Both the position numbers and the translations under genes were made by a program. Below are positions 24,601 through 36,289 of a stretch of DNA of 64,000 nt, piece by piece; position 1 is the stretch's first letter; each line of letters starts with the position of its first letter. Below the pieces are notes generated by a model that did not search any database, had not been told where the DNA came from, and saw only the letters and a program-made list of their open reading frames with translations. The stretch comes from Euglena gracilis (taxonomy: Eukaryota). Location of the stretch: NCBI GenBank assembly GCA_039621445.1, contig CP154954.1:46293847-46357846 (forward strand), given 5' to 3'.

Positions 24601-27600
24601 TGCACAAAATGGTTGTGCACAAGATGGTTTTTTGATGTTTTTTCGAATTTCATTCAATTTCTCCACATTTTTTTGCTGTGTTTGAGGGAAAAAAACAGCA
24701 CAGCCATTTTGGGGACATTTTTTTTCACGGTGAAATATCCTGCTTTTTTGGCCTATTTTTGGACCCTCCTGCCAGAAGACTCTTTTATCGGCCAAAACTT
24801 TCAGCAAAAAAAAATCGCCCCTTGGGATTTTCAGCAAAGACCCAAGGGTATTGGTCTTGGGAAGGGTGTTTGGGGGTATTCATAAATTGGAGGTTTAAAA
24901 AAAAACACAGTCAGATCTTCTTGATTGGGCCTTGATTGGGCCAGGCAAAGAAAAGGTTCAGCACCTCCGGCTGACATAATTGTCTGGTCATCTCCAAGCT
25001 GGCGCAGAACCGTGTTTGTCTGGGCGATGGCTGCAGTGTCCGTCATACCATTGATTGCGGCAGGCGGTTGCCCATCACTTTCAAAAACCAATCAGCAACT
25101 TGTCGAAAAAGAGACATCCACTTCCAGCCCCGGGGGGGGGGGGGGCACTCTGGCAACTTTGGCTGAATCGGCTCAATGGCTCAAAATCAATGGACTTTGG
25201 CCAAAATTTCAAAAAAAAATGACTTCTCCAGCCAATGGGCATTATGGATCATTCTTTGGACAACCTCAAAAAATCTCTGAGCCAAAACCTTTCTGGGTGT
25301 GGAGCCAAAAAGCAGTCAGCCACTCTGAAAAAAACCATGTTCGGTTTGGTGGACCTTCATTCAATCGCTCGGTCTGGGTCATGGTGTGGCTTAGTGACCC
25401 CCTGGGGGGGGGTCCAGCTCAAAGGCCAGAAAACTTCGGTTGGCTGGAAAAAGGCTGCTGGCTGAGCACCCCCCCCCCAAAGAGTGGGAACTGGACCCGA
25501 CCCGGAGTTGAACTGGGTGCCAAAAAAAAAATAAAAAATGGCAAAAATGTCCAAAAACGTCCAAATGTGAAGAAAAAAAATGATTCTTTGGCCCAGAATT
25601 TGTCCTGCTGCCAAAATCCGACCCATTTTTTTGCTCATTTTTGGCCCGTTTTTGCACCCCCAAAAGCCAAATCCATTATCATCCAGCTTCCCTTTGGGAG
25701 GGTGTAGAATAGTCAAAAACTCGTCGATGGGGGGGAGGGGGTCTGGGGAGAGATGAGGTCACTTTGGCTTAAGCGACGCCCTGATCTGGGTCAACCTTGC
25801 GTTACTAATTCCTAACCAAATGACAGCCATCTGTCAAAAACAAAATACAAAAGGAGTAAAAAAAATAATGTATTTCTTTTGCAATATCTAATATCTACTG
25901 ACAACGTGAACTTGATCAAACAAATTGAACCACTCCACCATTGTAGGGGGGACCATTGAGGCAAAAAAGTTGATATTTTGTGATGAAAATGTTCCTTCCT
26001 TGGCGGCCTTATTCCATTTCTGACAATTACAAGCAAATGCACCAGCTCATGGAAAGAAATATTCTCTCACTGTGGATCATCCAATCACATCTGGTGGTTG
26101 CTGTGCTCGACAGCCCCGTTCGTTCTATCGCTTTCCCACAAATGCTTCAGTGCTTCAGATGAAGGAAAAAAATGGACTGGTCCAAAGGGAGGGGCACGGC
26201 ACTGTGGGATTCCAGGAGGCCACTGGCTCAGGTCATGAATCTTCCCCTTCAGCTCCGGCAGCGTCTCCCGGATGTGCTGCAGCAGGATGGCGTTGAGCAG
26301 CTTCCCCAAATAGGGGGTCCCCATCCGGTTGGCGATGCTGCCGTGGCACGCGAAGAGCAACCTCCATGCGCCGTGTGCATGGGAAACCGTGATTTGGCCC
26401 CAAAACTGGAAACCGATTGGGGGTTCCCATTGTGTTCACCGGGATAGCTATTTTGATGTGCCGGCTGGATTAGTGCCTACGGGTGTGAAAAACATGCGGA
26501 TGTCAAAAAACTATCCAGATATCGATAGTTTTGGAGGGGTGGAAGAGGGCCCCAATTGGCAGTACAAGCTGTTCCCCTTGTGTAGACTTTGTCCTTAAAC
26601 CCCAAATAAAATTACATTGCGGGTTCTGTTCCCCCCCAAGGCAAAACCTAATTGAAAGGAAAGGGGGTTAAACCCGGGGAGAGGGGCTGTAGGGTGCCTG
26701 CACTCCAGTCCCAGGGCCTGAACGTGGCATTTCAAGGGAAAGCCTGAGGCGGCCAGGACACAAAACCGACCCCAGGGGAATGGACAACAACACTGCCCAT
26801 CCCGGGGGCCCAGTTCAGAAACTGTAAAAATTTTGGCTGGCTGGAAAAAGGCTACCAGCTGACTCATGGGACTGGAACTGGGCAATTGGCACTGCAAAAA
26901 AAAGCCCAAAAACAGCCAATTGTGCAAAAAGTCGATTTTTGACCCCAACTTTATCCCTAGCCAGCCCAATTCCGACCAATTTTTGCCCATTTTTGCACCC
27001 CTGAAAACCAGAAATCCGTTACCATCCTGCCGCTCTTCAGGGGGCTGCAAAATAAATAAAACTCGTCGATGCGGGGTCCAGGACTGGAAAAATGCTGCTG
27101 GCTGGAAACAAGCTGCTGGCTGGCGGACCCCCCCAGGAGGTTCATTTTTAGCGCCTTGTTCGGGCGGCTGCAAAATAATTAACTTGCCGAGGGGGGTCCT
27201 CTGGTCCTCCCCTGAGGGAATGGAGTGCCCTCTGGCTTGAGCGACGACTGCAAATAGCTGTTGACAGGGTGCAATCTTCTTTCGAAAGAAGCCTGCGTAG
27301 ACCTGCCATGACAACCAACAAAATGGTGCTTCTTTCTTCTTCTTCGTCTTCTTCTTCTTCTTCTTCTCTGTATTTCTTCTTTCTTGAATAAATGCCAAAT
27401 TGGTAGATTGGGGGAAACAGAAACGTTGCAGCATTGCCCCCCCCCCTGGGTTGGCTCTCGGTTGTTGAATGAATAAGAAGATGGGCGAAAATCATTTGGA
27501 GAGATCTTTTGTGTGCTTCTCACCTGCAATATTGCTTGGGCATGCAATCACCAGGGAAATGCGCAGATTTCGCAAATGCGCATTTTCAATTGGAGATCTT

Positions 27601-30600
27601 TCAGATGTTGCAAATTTAATAATAATTGCTGGAGTGCTGATTGATTGGTTCATTGAGCGCTTCTGCACAATGTTATGGAAACTGCCATACCGGCTGTACT
27701 TAGGGTGGCTCTGGATGAACTGCTCTTCGGCTTTCAGGGCACTCTTGATGTCCTTGTTTGTGTTGATGTCCTGTTGGCCGCGGTTCACCACCCCAATGTA
27801 GCCGCGCTTCAGTGGCACCACTTTCCCCATCAAGATATCCATTGCATCAGTGCCCTGTGAAATACAAACAGTGACAGGATCCTAAAATAAATCCCCAAAT
27901 GGAAGGCCGATGAGGCTACTATTGTGCACTTTGGTGAAATTCTCAAAAGGGCGGGGCTTCTATTACGCGCAAGTGGGAGTTGTAGTCATTTTCTCCTTTC
28001 TGGGGCGTCTAATGAAGTGGGGGTGAACCCCCCAAATAATGTCGCCAACCCCCCCCAGGAACATTATTGGTCTGCCCACCCCCAGGGGAGGAATAATATT
28101 CAGGGGGGACATTATTTGACAAATTTTTCCTGCTTCTTTGGGTGAATTTTTTGACCGCGAAATGCAGTGTATCTATGTTGAGCACCATCAAAATCCAAGG
28201 TACATGCAATTTTTTGTCTCAGAAATGTGAATTTGACATTTTCCCTTCCATTTTCAAATATTGGAGAAACCATGTTACATTTGCACAAAAATATGGTTCC
28301 AGCACCCAGGAAACTGATTTTATTCTGTGGCAGTCAGTGAGAAAATGGGGGGGATATTGTTTGGGCGGCGGCCGAAATTGGGTCCCAGGGGCAGGGGAAT
28401 GCTATTTGGGGGGTAAACAATTAGGGACGTGGCGGGGGTCAACCCTCATCCACAGCTCGCAAATGTAGAGAATGGCACATCACCAACCTTGTCCATCAGG
28501 TCCAGCTTTGTCAGGACCCCTACGGTCCGATCTCCGTTGGGGTCCACCTCGCGGGCGATCTTGATTGCGTCAGAGTTCGCCAGGTCCTGGTTGGCGGCGG
28601 TCACTGCCAGGATGATGCAGTTCTTCTGGCTGATGTAGTCCAGCACCAGCTCGCGGATTTGGAGCTCCACATCTGCAGGCTGGTCACCAACGGCCACTGG
28701 CAGAGAATGGGAAGATGTGCGATGCATGTGCATTTTCTGTCAACAATAAATGTTTTTTGGAAACCCGGAAGCACGGACCCCTTGTCTTCTGGGGGCCAGT
28801 GATGAAGAAGGGGGTCTGGCCAAAACCTTGCACTGAACAAGATGGCCCAAACACAAAGTTGCGTATGTTTCATTTCGCCGGAGAGGAAGACATGGTACAA
28901 CTCGTAGCAGTGGGTTAGGATTAGGGTTAGGGTTATTGGTTTTGCATAGGATTTGCAAACCCATCTCCACTCAAAATGGGGATGTTTGTAAGGCGCCAAG
29001 AGTCAGAGGGGGGTCGCAGGGGAACACAGAGGCCCTTCATTTTGACAGGTCACATTTCGCCTGAGTGACATTACACATGCCATTGCACAGTATGGTTGTT
29101 GTCCATCGCTGTTTTTAAACTTGTTGATTTTGCTCCTGTTTATTATAATACATATTGTTAGACGTGCTGACCACTCTGCCTTCTTGTTCTCCCTCTTTCA
29201 CGTTCACGAAACAGAGCGTGAACAGCAGTTCCCGAAACCTTGGCATGAAGCGCATCAACGAAAAACAGGGAAGGCGCTAGGGCTTTCTAGGTGAATTGTG
29301 GGCCATAACCCATAAACAGGGCGTAAAAACATTTATACCAATACATACATACATACATACATACATACATACATACATACATACATACATACATACATAC
29401 ATACATACATACATACATACATACATACATACATACATACATACATACATACATACATACATACATACATACATACATACATACATACATACATACATAC
29501 ATACATACATACATACATACATACATACATACATACATGCATGCATGCATGCATGCATGCATGCATGCATGCATGCATGCATGCATGCATGCATGCATGC
29601 ATGCATGCATGCATACATACATACATACATACATACATACATACATACATACACATACATACATACATACATACATACATACATACATACATACATACAT
29701 ACATACATACATACATACATACATGCATGCATGCATGCATGCATGCATGCATGCATGCATGCATGCATGCATGCATGCATGCATGCATGCATGCATGCAT
29801 ACATACATACATACATACATACATACATACATACATACATACATACATACATACATACATACATACATACATACATACATGCATACATACATACATAAAT
29901 ACATACATATATATATATATATATGGTTTCCAAAATGTCGTCCAGGATATGCCAAAAATATGTCCCCACAAAACAAAACAAAAATTGTCACCAAATTATT
30001 GGACCCATGTGCAATGTTTTTATGGCTTTTAAAGAACAACATTCCTCATTGTGCCCCCCAAAATACAAACTTGCATCCCAAGAAGTGACTCATTGAACTC
30101 CCTTGACCCTCCCCTCTTTACGTCTCGCCCCCCGAAAAGTCGCCCTGGGGGCGACAACTGGGCGGGTACCCACGCATCCCTTCCATCAGCTGCCCATCTT
30201 CAAGGACCATGTTTCATTTCAATTGTTGACATAGCTAGCATTCTTTTCTTGATTTTTTAATAAAAAACTTTTTGCGCAAAATAAAGTGTTGCATTGTTCT
30301 TGTTTCCCTCCTTTCCAAGTGTTGACGTTGCATCACCCAAGCATCGCAGCTTAGACTTCAGGCGAAAAAAAAGTTCGCCGAGCCCTTAATGAGTTTTTTG
30401 TTTACAAAAGATAAATTTAAAAAAGTGGTTCTTGAGGATGTTGGATACCTTTTGTGATGCCGGGGAGGTCCACAAGGGTGAGATTGAGTACATCAGGTGA
30501 ATGAACCTTCAGCTGGATGGGCTTCTTCGATATTGCCTTTCCGCCACCTGCCTCTTGCTCTGTTGCTCGGACAATTTCTGCACGGATTTCAATGAAGTCA

Positions 30601-33600
30601 TGGAAGCGTGTCCCAGGTTTGTGGTAAAACTCTCCCCATGGCCGGGGGTCTGGGCTGTCCTTGGGCATCGTGAGTAGTTGGAGGATGAGGGGCCTTCGAG
30701 TTACAATCCCTGAGCGGAAAAATGAGCAAGGCAGCTACCTGCCCCCCCCCCCTTGTCCACCGACCGGGTTCCTGCAACCCCCGACCAGGGGGGGTGGTCG
30801 TACACCCCCCCACAACCTGCAACCCCCGACCGGGGGGTGGTCGTACCACTAGGGGCCAAAACAAAACCAAAAGCCAAAAAAGGTGCAATTTCATAACGGT
30901 AATATTTCTCCCCATTAGGTGAGGGAGCAATGCCATCACTACACTCAAACAAAACAGGACTCCCCGGAGGGAACATGACGAACACTCAATGGACAGGAAA
31001 CACGGGAAAAAAGCTGGTCAATAAGCACATGAGAGGAAAAATTTTGGTGGTCACCTGCAACCCCCGACCAGGGAGGGTGGTCGTACACCCCCCTCAACCT
31101 GCAACCCCCGACCGGGGGGTGGTCGGTATATAGGGGTGGTCGGTGGACAAGGGGGGGGGGGCGGGTAAGAAACTTTCCTTCAATTCCCCAGAGTTTTCCA
31201 AGTCCCCATGAAACCCATCCCCCTTGGGGGAGGGGGAGGGGTCTGGTCCCCCCCCAGGGGGCCGCTTGCCATTTTCAAAACCCAGTTGGTCACTTTTCAA
31301 AAACTAGTCACCAGTTCCAACCACCCCCCCAGGGGGTCACCCTGGCCACTCGGCCGAAAATGGCTGAAAATCAATGGATTTGGCCACCCCAAAAAAATTC
31401 CGGCACCTTCAGCGCCAGCCGGATGGGGCCTCCTGAACTTTTGGAGGGGTCCGGACCATACCATTGCTTAAGGCATGTCTGACCCTGCCCCCTGGGGGGG
31501 GGGGGGTGACTGACTGGTTTTTTCGCAGTGACTGGCTTGTTTTTGGCTCCAGAACCCCCCGGGGGGTTGGCCAGGAGAGGCCGAAAGTGGCCACCACTGC
31601 CAGGATACAGTCCTTATATCAAGCCCTGCTCCCCCCAACTGTCCCCAAGATTGGTCAGATTTGGGCCTTTGGTCGGGGAGGGGGTGGAGGGAAACAGCTC
31701 ATTGGAGCTTGGCAGTGCACATGGGAACAGCTTGGGGGAAGGAATAGGGGCACCCAAATGCCTTAAAACCCCAGTCCAGAGTGGGAAATTTATGAGTCAT
31801 TTGTGGAAACTCATAATTTTCCACACAAAAAAGCCCTGCTGAAATGATTCCCTTTGGGGTAAAAGAGATCAGGCAGTAGACTTTGAGCATTTTGAGGCTA
31901 TGGCACTACCCACCCACAAACCCGACCACCCGGGGGAAGGGGTCGAAAATGCCCCACCACCCCTGCCTGCCCATAGCACCCACTCACATAGAGGCCTGAT
32001 GCATAGATAGATGGATGGATGGAAAGTTAGACACACAGATGGGAAGATGGGCAAATATCAAAACTATATTGAACAATATAATAATCAAAACATCTCATAA
32101 TAAAAAAAGCACCCTGCCTAACCTCCAAATGTTCGGTGATCTATCCGGGATAAGAGTTCTGTCTTCCGTGGTTAGGTTCTCTGGGCATATGTTGAAAGCC
32201 CTTGAAAAAACGTTTGATCAATGGGCTTCATGGCAACTGAACTGACCAGCAACGACCAGACATTTTGAAATTCTGTCAAAGCACATGGTCGTTGTCACTG
32301 AATTTTGAGGCCACCTGTCGAAGGCTCTTGAAAAAGGGCGTTCAATTGAGGAACGCCAATGCATCTGAGACGTTGAATTTCCAACAGACATTGGTGTCGA
32401 ATTTTCCAGAACAGGCACCACTGGCACCACCACTCTACCATTAAAGCTTTGTGTAGTGCTGATCTCTTTGCATGTGTGATGGTGCGCTGCAGCAGATATT
32501 TCATGTGTGTGGCAGATGTTTGAGGCGGTCAACGGCCCGGCGGCCCGGCCCGGCAGGTCCAGCTGGCAGCCTGGCGGCCCGGCCCAGCCGGCGGCCCGGC
32601 CCAGCCCAGCGGCCTGGCTGGTGGTCTGGCGGCCCAGCCTGGCCCAGCCCGGCCGAAATGCATGAGCCGAAAAACGCTCATTTTCGGCCCAAAAAAAGTT
32701 TTCCCGGGGTCGGGAGGCCAAAAAAAACATCGTTTTGGGCAAAATTTTTTCGATTTTTTTCAAGTTTTTTTTCACCTAAGAAAAATGGCTAAAAACGGCC
32801 AAATCAAAACAGGCCAAAACTGCACAAAATGGTGAAATTGGCTGAAAAATGGCCGTAACTCGGGCTAGGCGTGGAGTTGCAGGGAAATCAAAATACTGCC
32901 AGATAGGACATTTCAGGGGATTCAATTTGGTCTCCGGACATTTCCTTTGACTCCCCACCATTTTTGAGAAATCTTGGAAAATTGATTTTTTGACACAAAA
33001 AAGGGCTGAAAGCGGAAAAGTCGGAAGCCTGCCGCGACAAGGATGGATGTTGATATTGGGTTCAGGGGGGGGGTCCTGATAAATTTGGATGGATTGACAC
33101 CCCGATGTCCTCGATAAAGGTCGGTAAACCCGTCATTTCGTGTCCCTTTATGATTTGGTGAATCCCAAAATCGGCCAAAAAAAACAAAAAAAGTTCGTCA
33201 CCCCCCCAAAAAAACCGTTATTTCACGGTATTTTTTCTGTGTTATTATTTCACGATATTCATTTGTCCTTCTCAAACCAAAGAATTCTATCGTCCAAGCC
33301 CACATTTGACACGTAATTAATTGACTCATTGCTTGACATCACAAGAAGGGGGAAAACTGAAAAAGAGTGGTGGAAAATCAAGTATGTTGTGCTTTGTCCT
33401 AATAAATGTGCAATGCCCAAATAAGTGCGCATGCCTTGGAGTCCAAAACTATGTCCAAAAAATTCGCGCACCCGTGCACTTATTGGGGGGGGTTAAATTG
33501 TCACGGTTTCCCCCCAGAATCGTGTTTGTTCACTTGTACTGCCAAAAAAAACGTGTGCTGAAAACGGTTTTCTGCGGGAAAAAAGGTTTTGTTCACGTGC

Positions 33601-35338
33601 ATAGCATCAAAAAACACACTCACCACGTCTATTAACACTTCGCATGTGGGCTGAACACAGTCTTCCACGGCACTGTACATCGTGGACTGAAAATGGCATC
33701 AATATATGTGATAAATAATTATTCATTTTTTTGTAAATGTTGAGTTTTTTTTGTTCTGTTTACAAGAAACCCTACCCGCAAGCAAAATTTTGTACGCCGG
33801 TCCCCCTTTCTCACAGGCGACGTGCTGTGGGCTGGACATGCAGGACGCCATCCCTGTCGCCGCTGGCAACGGCCTCCCCTTGCCCTCTTCCGCCCAGCCT
33901 GGTCGTTCACCGCCATGCAGAACGACCCGGCGAAGAACAGGCCGAGGGCGATCCCGGGGGGCAGGCGGTTGTTTGCCACCCAGGGACGGGGCAGGGGTTC
34001 TTCTTAAAAGCCGGGGGGGGGGGGGTCCCGGGGACCCACTCACTTCCCCCCGAAAATGGCCAAAAATCGCGAAACTGCTAAAAATAGCACCTTTTTCAAA
34101 CATTTTCGGCGCCAAAAAGTATATCCCCCTCCGGGGGGCCAGACCCACCCACCAGACCGGCCAGACCCACCCACCCTACCCCCCCCCCGGGGGGTCCAAG
34201 GCTAAAAAAACCCCTGCGCCGGGGGAGGTGCGTTGTGCTATGGGGTGCCTGGACAGAGCAGGCTCCGCCCCGGAGGGTCAATTTTGGGTCCCAGCCCCAA
34301 CCAACCCAGGCGGATTTCCTTTGAACAGGCCATTTTCAGAGTGCTCGAGTACTAACCAAAACCTGACCCCCCCCCCCTCTCCCCACCTGCCTGTTGCATC
34401 CAGCAGGTGGGGGGATCAACCCTCTCCTCCAATCCAGGATGGGGGGGGAACCCCCCGCCTGAACAGTGGCGCGGTCGGGGTGACCAATTATTGGCCTGGT
34501 GCGAAGCACCAGGCCGAAAGATTTGCCCCCAAAAATCGGCCAAAGAGGCCATTTGTAGGCAGCCAATTTAATCTCGCACTTTACGCGGAGTTGGCTTGTT
34601 CAAACGTGCCGTTTTTCTTTTTAGAAGTCCCGTAACAGATAATGAGGATGTGGCCTGGTGCCCTAAGGCCACAGAGGGAAGTGCAAAGACTTTGAAACGA
34701 GGTGAATCGTTCAGCCGCCCGAAAGGTTAAATAGGCACAACCCAATGGCTAGCAAATTTCACCGGTGAAGTGGGGTCAGCCAACCAAGGGGGGGGGGTAC
34801 CCCTTTGCCGTGCCGAGAATGTCCAACCTAGGGGGGGGGGGGTACCATGACCCCCCCTCTAAATGACACTATTGATATTACTTCAGGACCCCCCAAGGGA
34901 TCATTTAGGGGAAGGGGTCATTTGCGGGGGGGAGAGTAACTCTTCCAAAAGATATTTCCATGGACCGGCATCCCAAAAGCTCAGCTGCACCCCAGATGAG
35001 GTCATTCAGGGGGGTCATTTAGAGGGGGGGGTCATGGTATGCCAAACCTCCATTTGAGTTTAAGATGCAGTTTTTGATATAGAGCCTTTTCTTTGTTAAG
35101 ATAAGCCATTCACAAGCCACATTCAACGTCTTTTTGCTTTTGTTCGCTCGATGGGAGAAGAGGGCAAACCTGAACCTCGGGGGAGGAAATCTCTCCCAAC
35201 CAGGCTTTCTAAGACGGAGCTCTTGCCTGAACTCTGTGCCCCAACAACTGCAATTTGGGGCAAGTCAATCTTTGCAACCATGCCCACATCTCCAAAGGCC
35301 GCTTGAAGCTTGTTCACAATTGGAATGAGTTGGTCCAT
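12491..35338 (-). CDS. Dynamin-related protein gene (DRP/DLP type: GTPase + middle + GED, no PH/PRD); 14 exons, ~613 aa as reconstructed
   Basis: Exons join in frame (1842 nt total). Motifs: G1 GAQSSGKS, G2 VTRRP, G3 DLPG, G4 TKLD; middle domain [71 protein letters not shown]. 10 GT-AG and 3 nonconventional introns. Confidence 0.93.
12639..13272 (-). other. Nonconventional euglenid intron
   Basis: GC|AGG-CGGaGCCCA...TGGGCcCCG-CGGCG|G; removal gives ELV-A-TFY. Confidence 0.78.
13273..13331 (-). CDS. Dynamin-related exon 13 ([19 protein letters not shown])
   Basis: accag| acceptor; followed by nonconventional intron 12639-13272. Confidence 0.87.
13654..13824 (-). CDS. Dynamin-related exon 12 (GED start, ...[13 protein letters not shown]...QDKIPK)
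   Basis: cgcag| acceptor, AAG|GTCTTT donor. Confidence 0.88.
13850..14090. mobile_element. hAT-type MITE
   Basis: TIR CAGGCTTCTTTTTAAG, TSD gcccctgc. Confidence 0.85.
15171..15227 (-). CDS. Dynamin-related exon 11, variable insert ([19 protein letters not shown])
   Basis: tag|...|GTTCGT, 57 nt, phase 0/0; no conserved motif, so tentative. Confidence 0.55.
15689..15831 (-). CDS. Dynamin-related exon 10 (EYMNPL...[12 protein letters not shown]...QPP)
   Basis: Conserved [10 protein letters not shown]; donor CCA|GTGTGC. Confidence 0.88.
15832..16580 (-). other. Nonconventional euglenid intron
   Basis: C|GGA-CAGcaCTGAATGC...GCATTCAGccCTG-GCGGC|GC; removal gives KLL-R-EYM. Confidence 0.82.
16581..16630 (-). 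CDS. Dynamin-related exon 9 ([16 protein letters not shown])
   Basis: tgcag| acceptor; followed by nonconventional intron 15832-16580. Confidence 0.82.
17933..18026 (-). CDS. Dynamin-related exon 8 ([10 protein letters not shown]...ELAR)
   Basis: tttcag| acceptor, AG|GTACAC donor. Confidence 0.9.
19243..19386 (-). CDS. Dynamin-related exon 7 (FGPYIMSL...AFEMLVRQQ)
   Basis: gcgcag| acceptor, G|GTTGCC donor; [10 protein letters not shown] motif. Confidence 0.88.
22029..22458. mobile_element. hAT-type MITE
   Basis: TIR CAGGCTTTTGCTTAAGG, TSD atcctgac. Confidence 0.85.
24965..25028 (-). CDS. Dynamin-related exon 6 ([21 protein letters not shown])
   Basis: Continues the helix after KIHDL; 3' boundary G|GTGCTG is less certain. 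Confidence 0.7.
25029..26228 (-). other. Nonconventional euglenid intron
   Basis: CTG|AGC-CAGTG...CACTG-CAGCC|ATC; removal gives KIHDL|IAQT. Confidence 0.8.
26229..26337 (-). CDS. Dynamin-related exon 5 ([10 protein letters not shown]...KIHDL)
   Basis: ggcag| acceptor; followed by nonconventional intron 25029-26228. Confidence 0.88.
27691..27854 (-). CDS. Dynamin-related exon 4 (GTDAMDIL...SHPKYS)
   Basis: cacag| acceptor, CG|GTATGG donor. Confidence 0.9.
28488..28696 (-). CDS. Dynamin-related exon 3 (VAVGDQP...TKLDLMDK)
   Basis: gccag| acceptor, AAG|GTTGGT donor; G4 motif. Confidence 0.92.
29341..29923. repeat. Compound microsatellite (ATAC)n/(ATGC)n/(AT)n
   Basis: Directly visible; two (ATGC)n blocks near 29537-29612 and 29723-29800. 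Confidence 0.97.
30449..30709 (-). CDS. Dynamin-related exon 2 ([11 protein letters not shown]...DLPGITK)
   Basis: ctcag| acceptor, G|GTATCC donor, phase consistent. Confidence 0.92.
30738..31165. mobile_element. Tc1/mariner-type MITE
   Basis: TA flanks, TIR CC(T/C)GC(n)TTGTCCACCGACC, internal CCTGCAACCCCCGACC repeats. Confidence 0.7.
33992..34216. mobile_element. hAT-type MITE, older
   Basis: CAGGGGTT...AACCCCTG, flanks ggacgggg/cgccgggg (6 of 8 match). Confidence 0.55.
34845..35037. mobile_element. Tc1/mariner-type MITE
   Basis: TA flanks, TIR CCATGAC(n)TCTAAATGAC. Confidence 0.7.
35170..35338 (-). CDS. Dynamin-related exon 1 (MDQLIP...[10 protein letters not shown])
   Basis: ATG at 35338; P-loop; donor TCAG|GTTTGC. 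Confidence 0.9.
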
Positions 35339-35434
35339 CCAAGACTTCAAAAGAAAGAAACTGTGGGAATGAATGTTCTTTCAATTGAAGTCTTAAAAAA
35401 GCCTCCAAAAATGAATCTGTGAAGGAGACCAAGT

Positions 35435-35714
35435 GGGGGTGTCTCCCCCGCGTCCCCCCCCCCGCGTCCCCCGCGTCCCACTTTGGAACCAAAATTTTGT
35501 TCTCGAGACAGCCAAATTTGGGAGGCAGATTCCTAATTTCAGGTAAATTTGAGGTTGGTGATTCCTAATTTGGTGTGGGTGATTCCTAACTTGCGGTGGG
35601 TGATTCCTAATTTGGGGTGGCAGAATCCTAATTTGGCTAAAAAATTTTTTCTCACAGCAAACTCCTAATTTCACCGTCCCAGAAATGGCGTCTCCCCCGC
35701 GTCCCATACACCCC
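35435..35714. mobile_element. MITE with 3-bp TSD (Harbinger-like), ~100 bp upstream of dynamin ATG
   Basis: GGGGTGT termini, TSD agt, internal ~21-bp TTAGGAATCAC repeats; inverted copy at 44129-44472. Confidence 0.65.
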
Positions 35715-36289
35715 AGTGATCTAGTTCGTTCCAACCCCCCCCCCCACAATCCTCAAAGGTCCCCCCCCTTCCAAACTGAGCTAGTCGTGACCCGAAATGA
35801 CCCCACCCAAAATTAAAAAACCTCCAACTACTCAAAATGCCCTCACCCCCCAAGGTGGCCACCTTGCGGGCGGCGTGAAACCCCCAAATGGCCACTCTGG
35901 GGGGGAAACCAGGGGTGTAGAAGTTTTCTCGGGGGGGGGAGATCCTTGACATGGCCCATTTTGAACATTTTTGTTTTTTTTTGCTCCCCTTTGGGCGGCA
36001 AGCTGGTAGTGCTGTTTTTTTTTTGAAAGATGGCATTAAATTTGACAAAAATGTGGCAATTTTTGACATCATACCACAAATCCATCACAATTTGGAAGCT
36101 TTCAAGCAAATGGCAACAAAATACATTGTCCTACATGGTTAAAACAGTCATATCAGGACCTTAAGGCCATTTTTGGACACTTTTGATGACATTTTTAGGA
36201 ATGAAAAACGGACACTGGGTTTTGGACAGAACCGGCGTTCCTAACGCCGGGTTTTAGGACAGACCGGCGTCCAGAAAACCCGTGGGGGG

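Noticed and set aside
2048-26228. Intact TSDs at existing nonconventional intron borders
   Set aside because: Checked nine introns and found only 1-4 of 8 matches, near chance, so this is not claimed as direct proof of MITE origin.
28912-28935. TTAGGG telomere-like repeats
   Set aside because: Only about 3-4 imperfect units, internal to an intron; not a chromosome end.
29277-30088. MYVC/HTYI/MHAC ORFs
   Set aside because: Translations of a tetranucleotide microsatellite.
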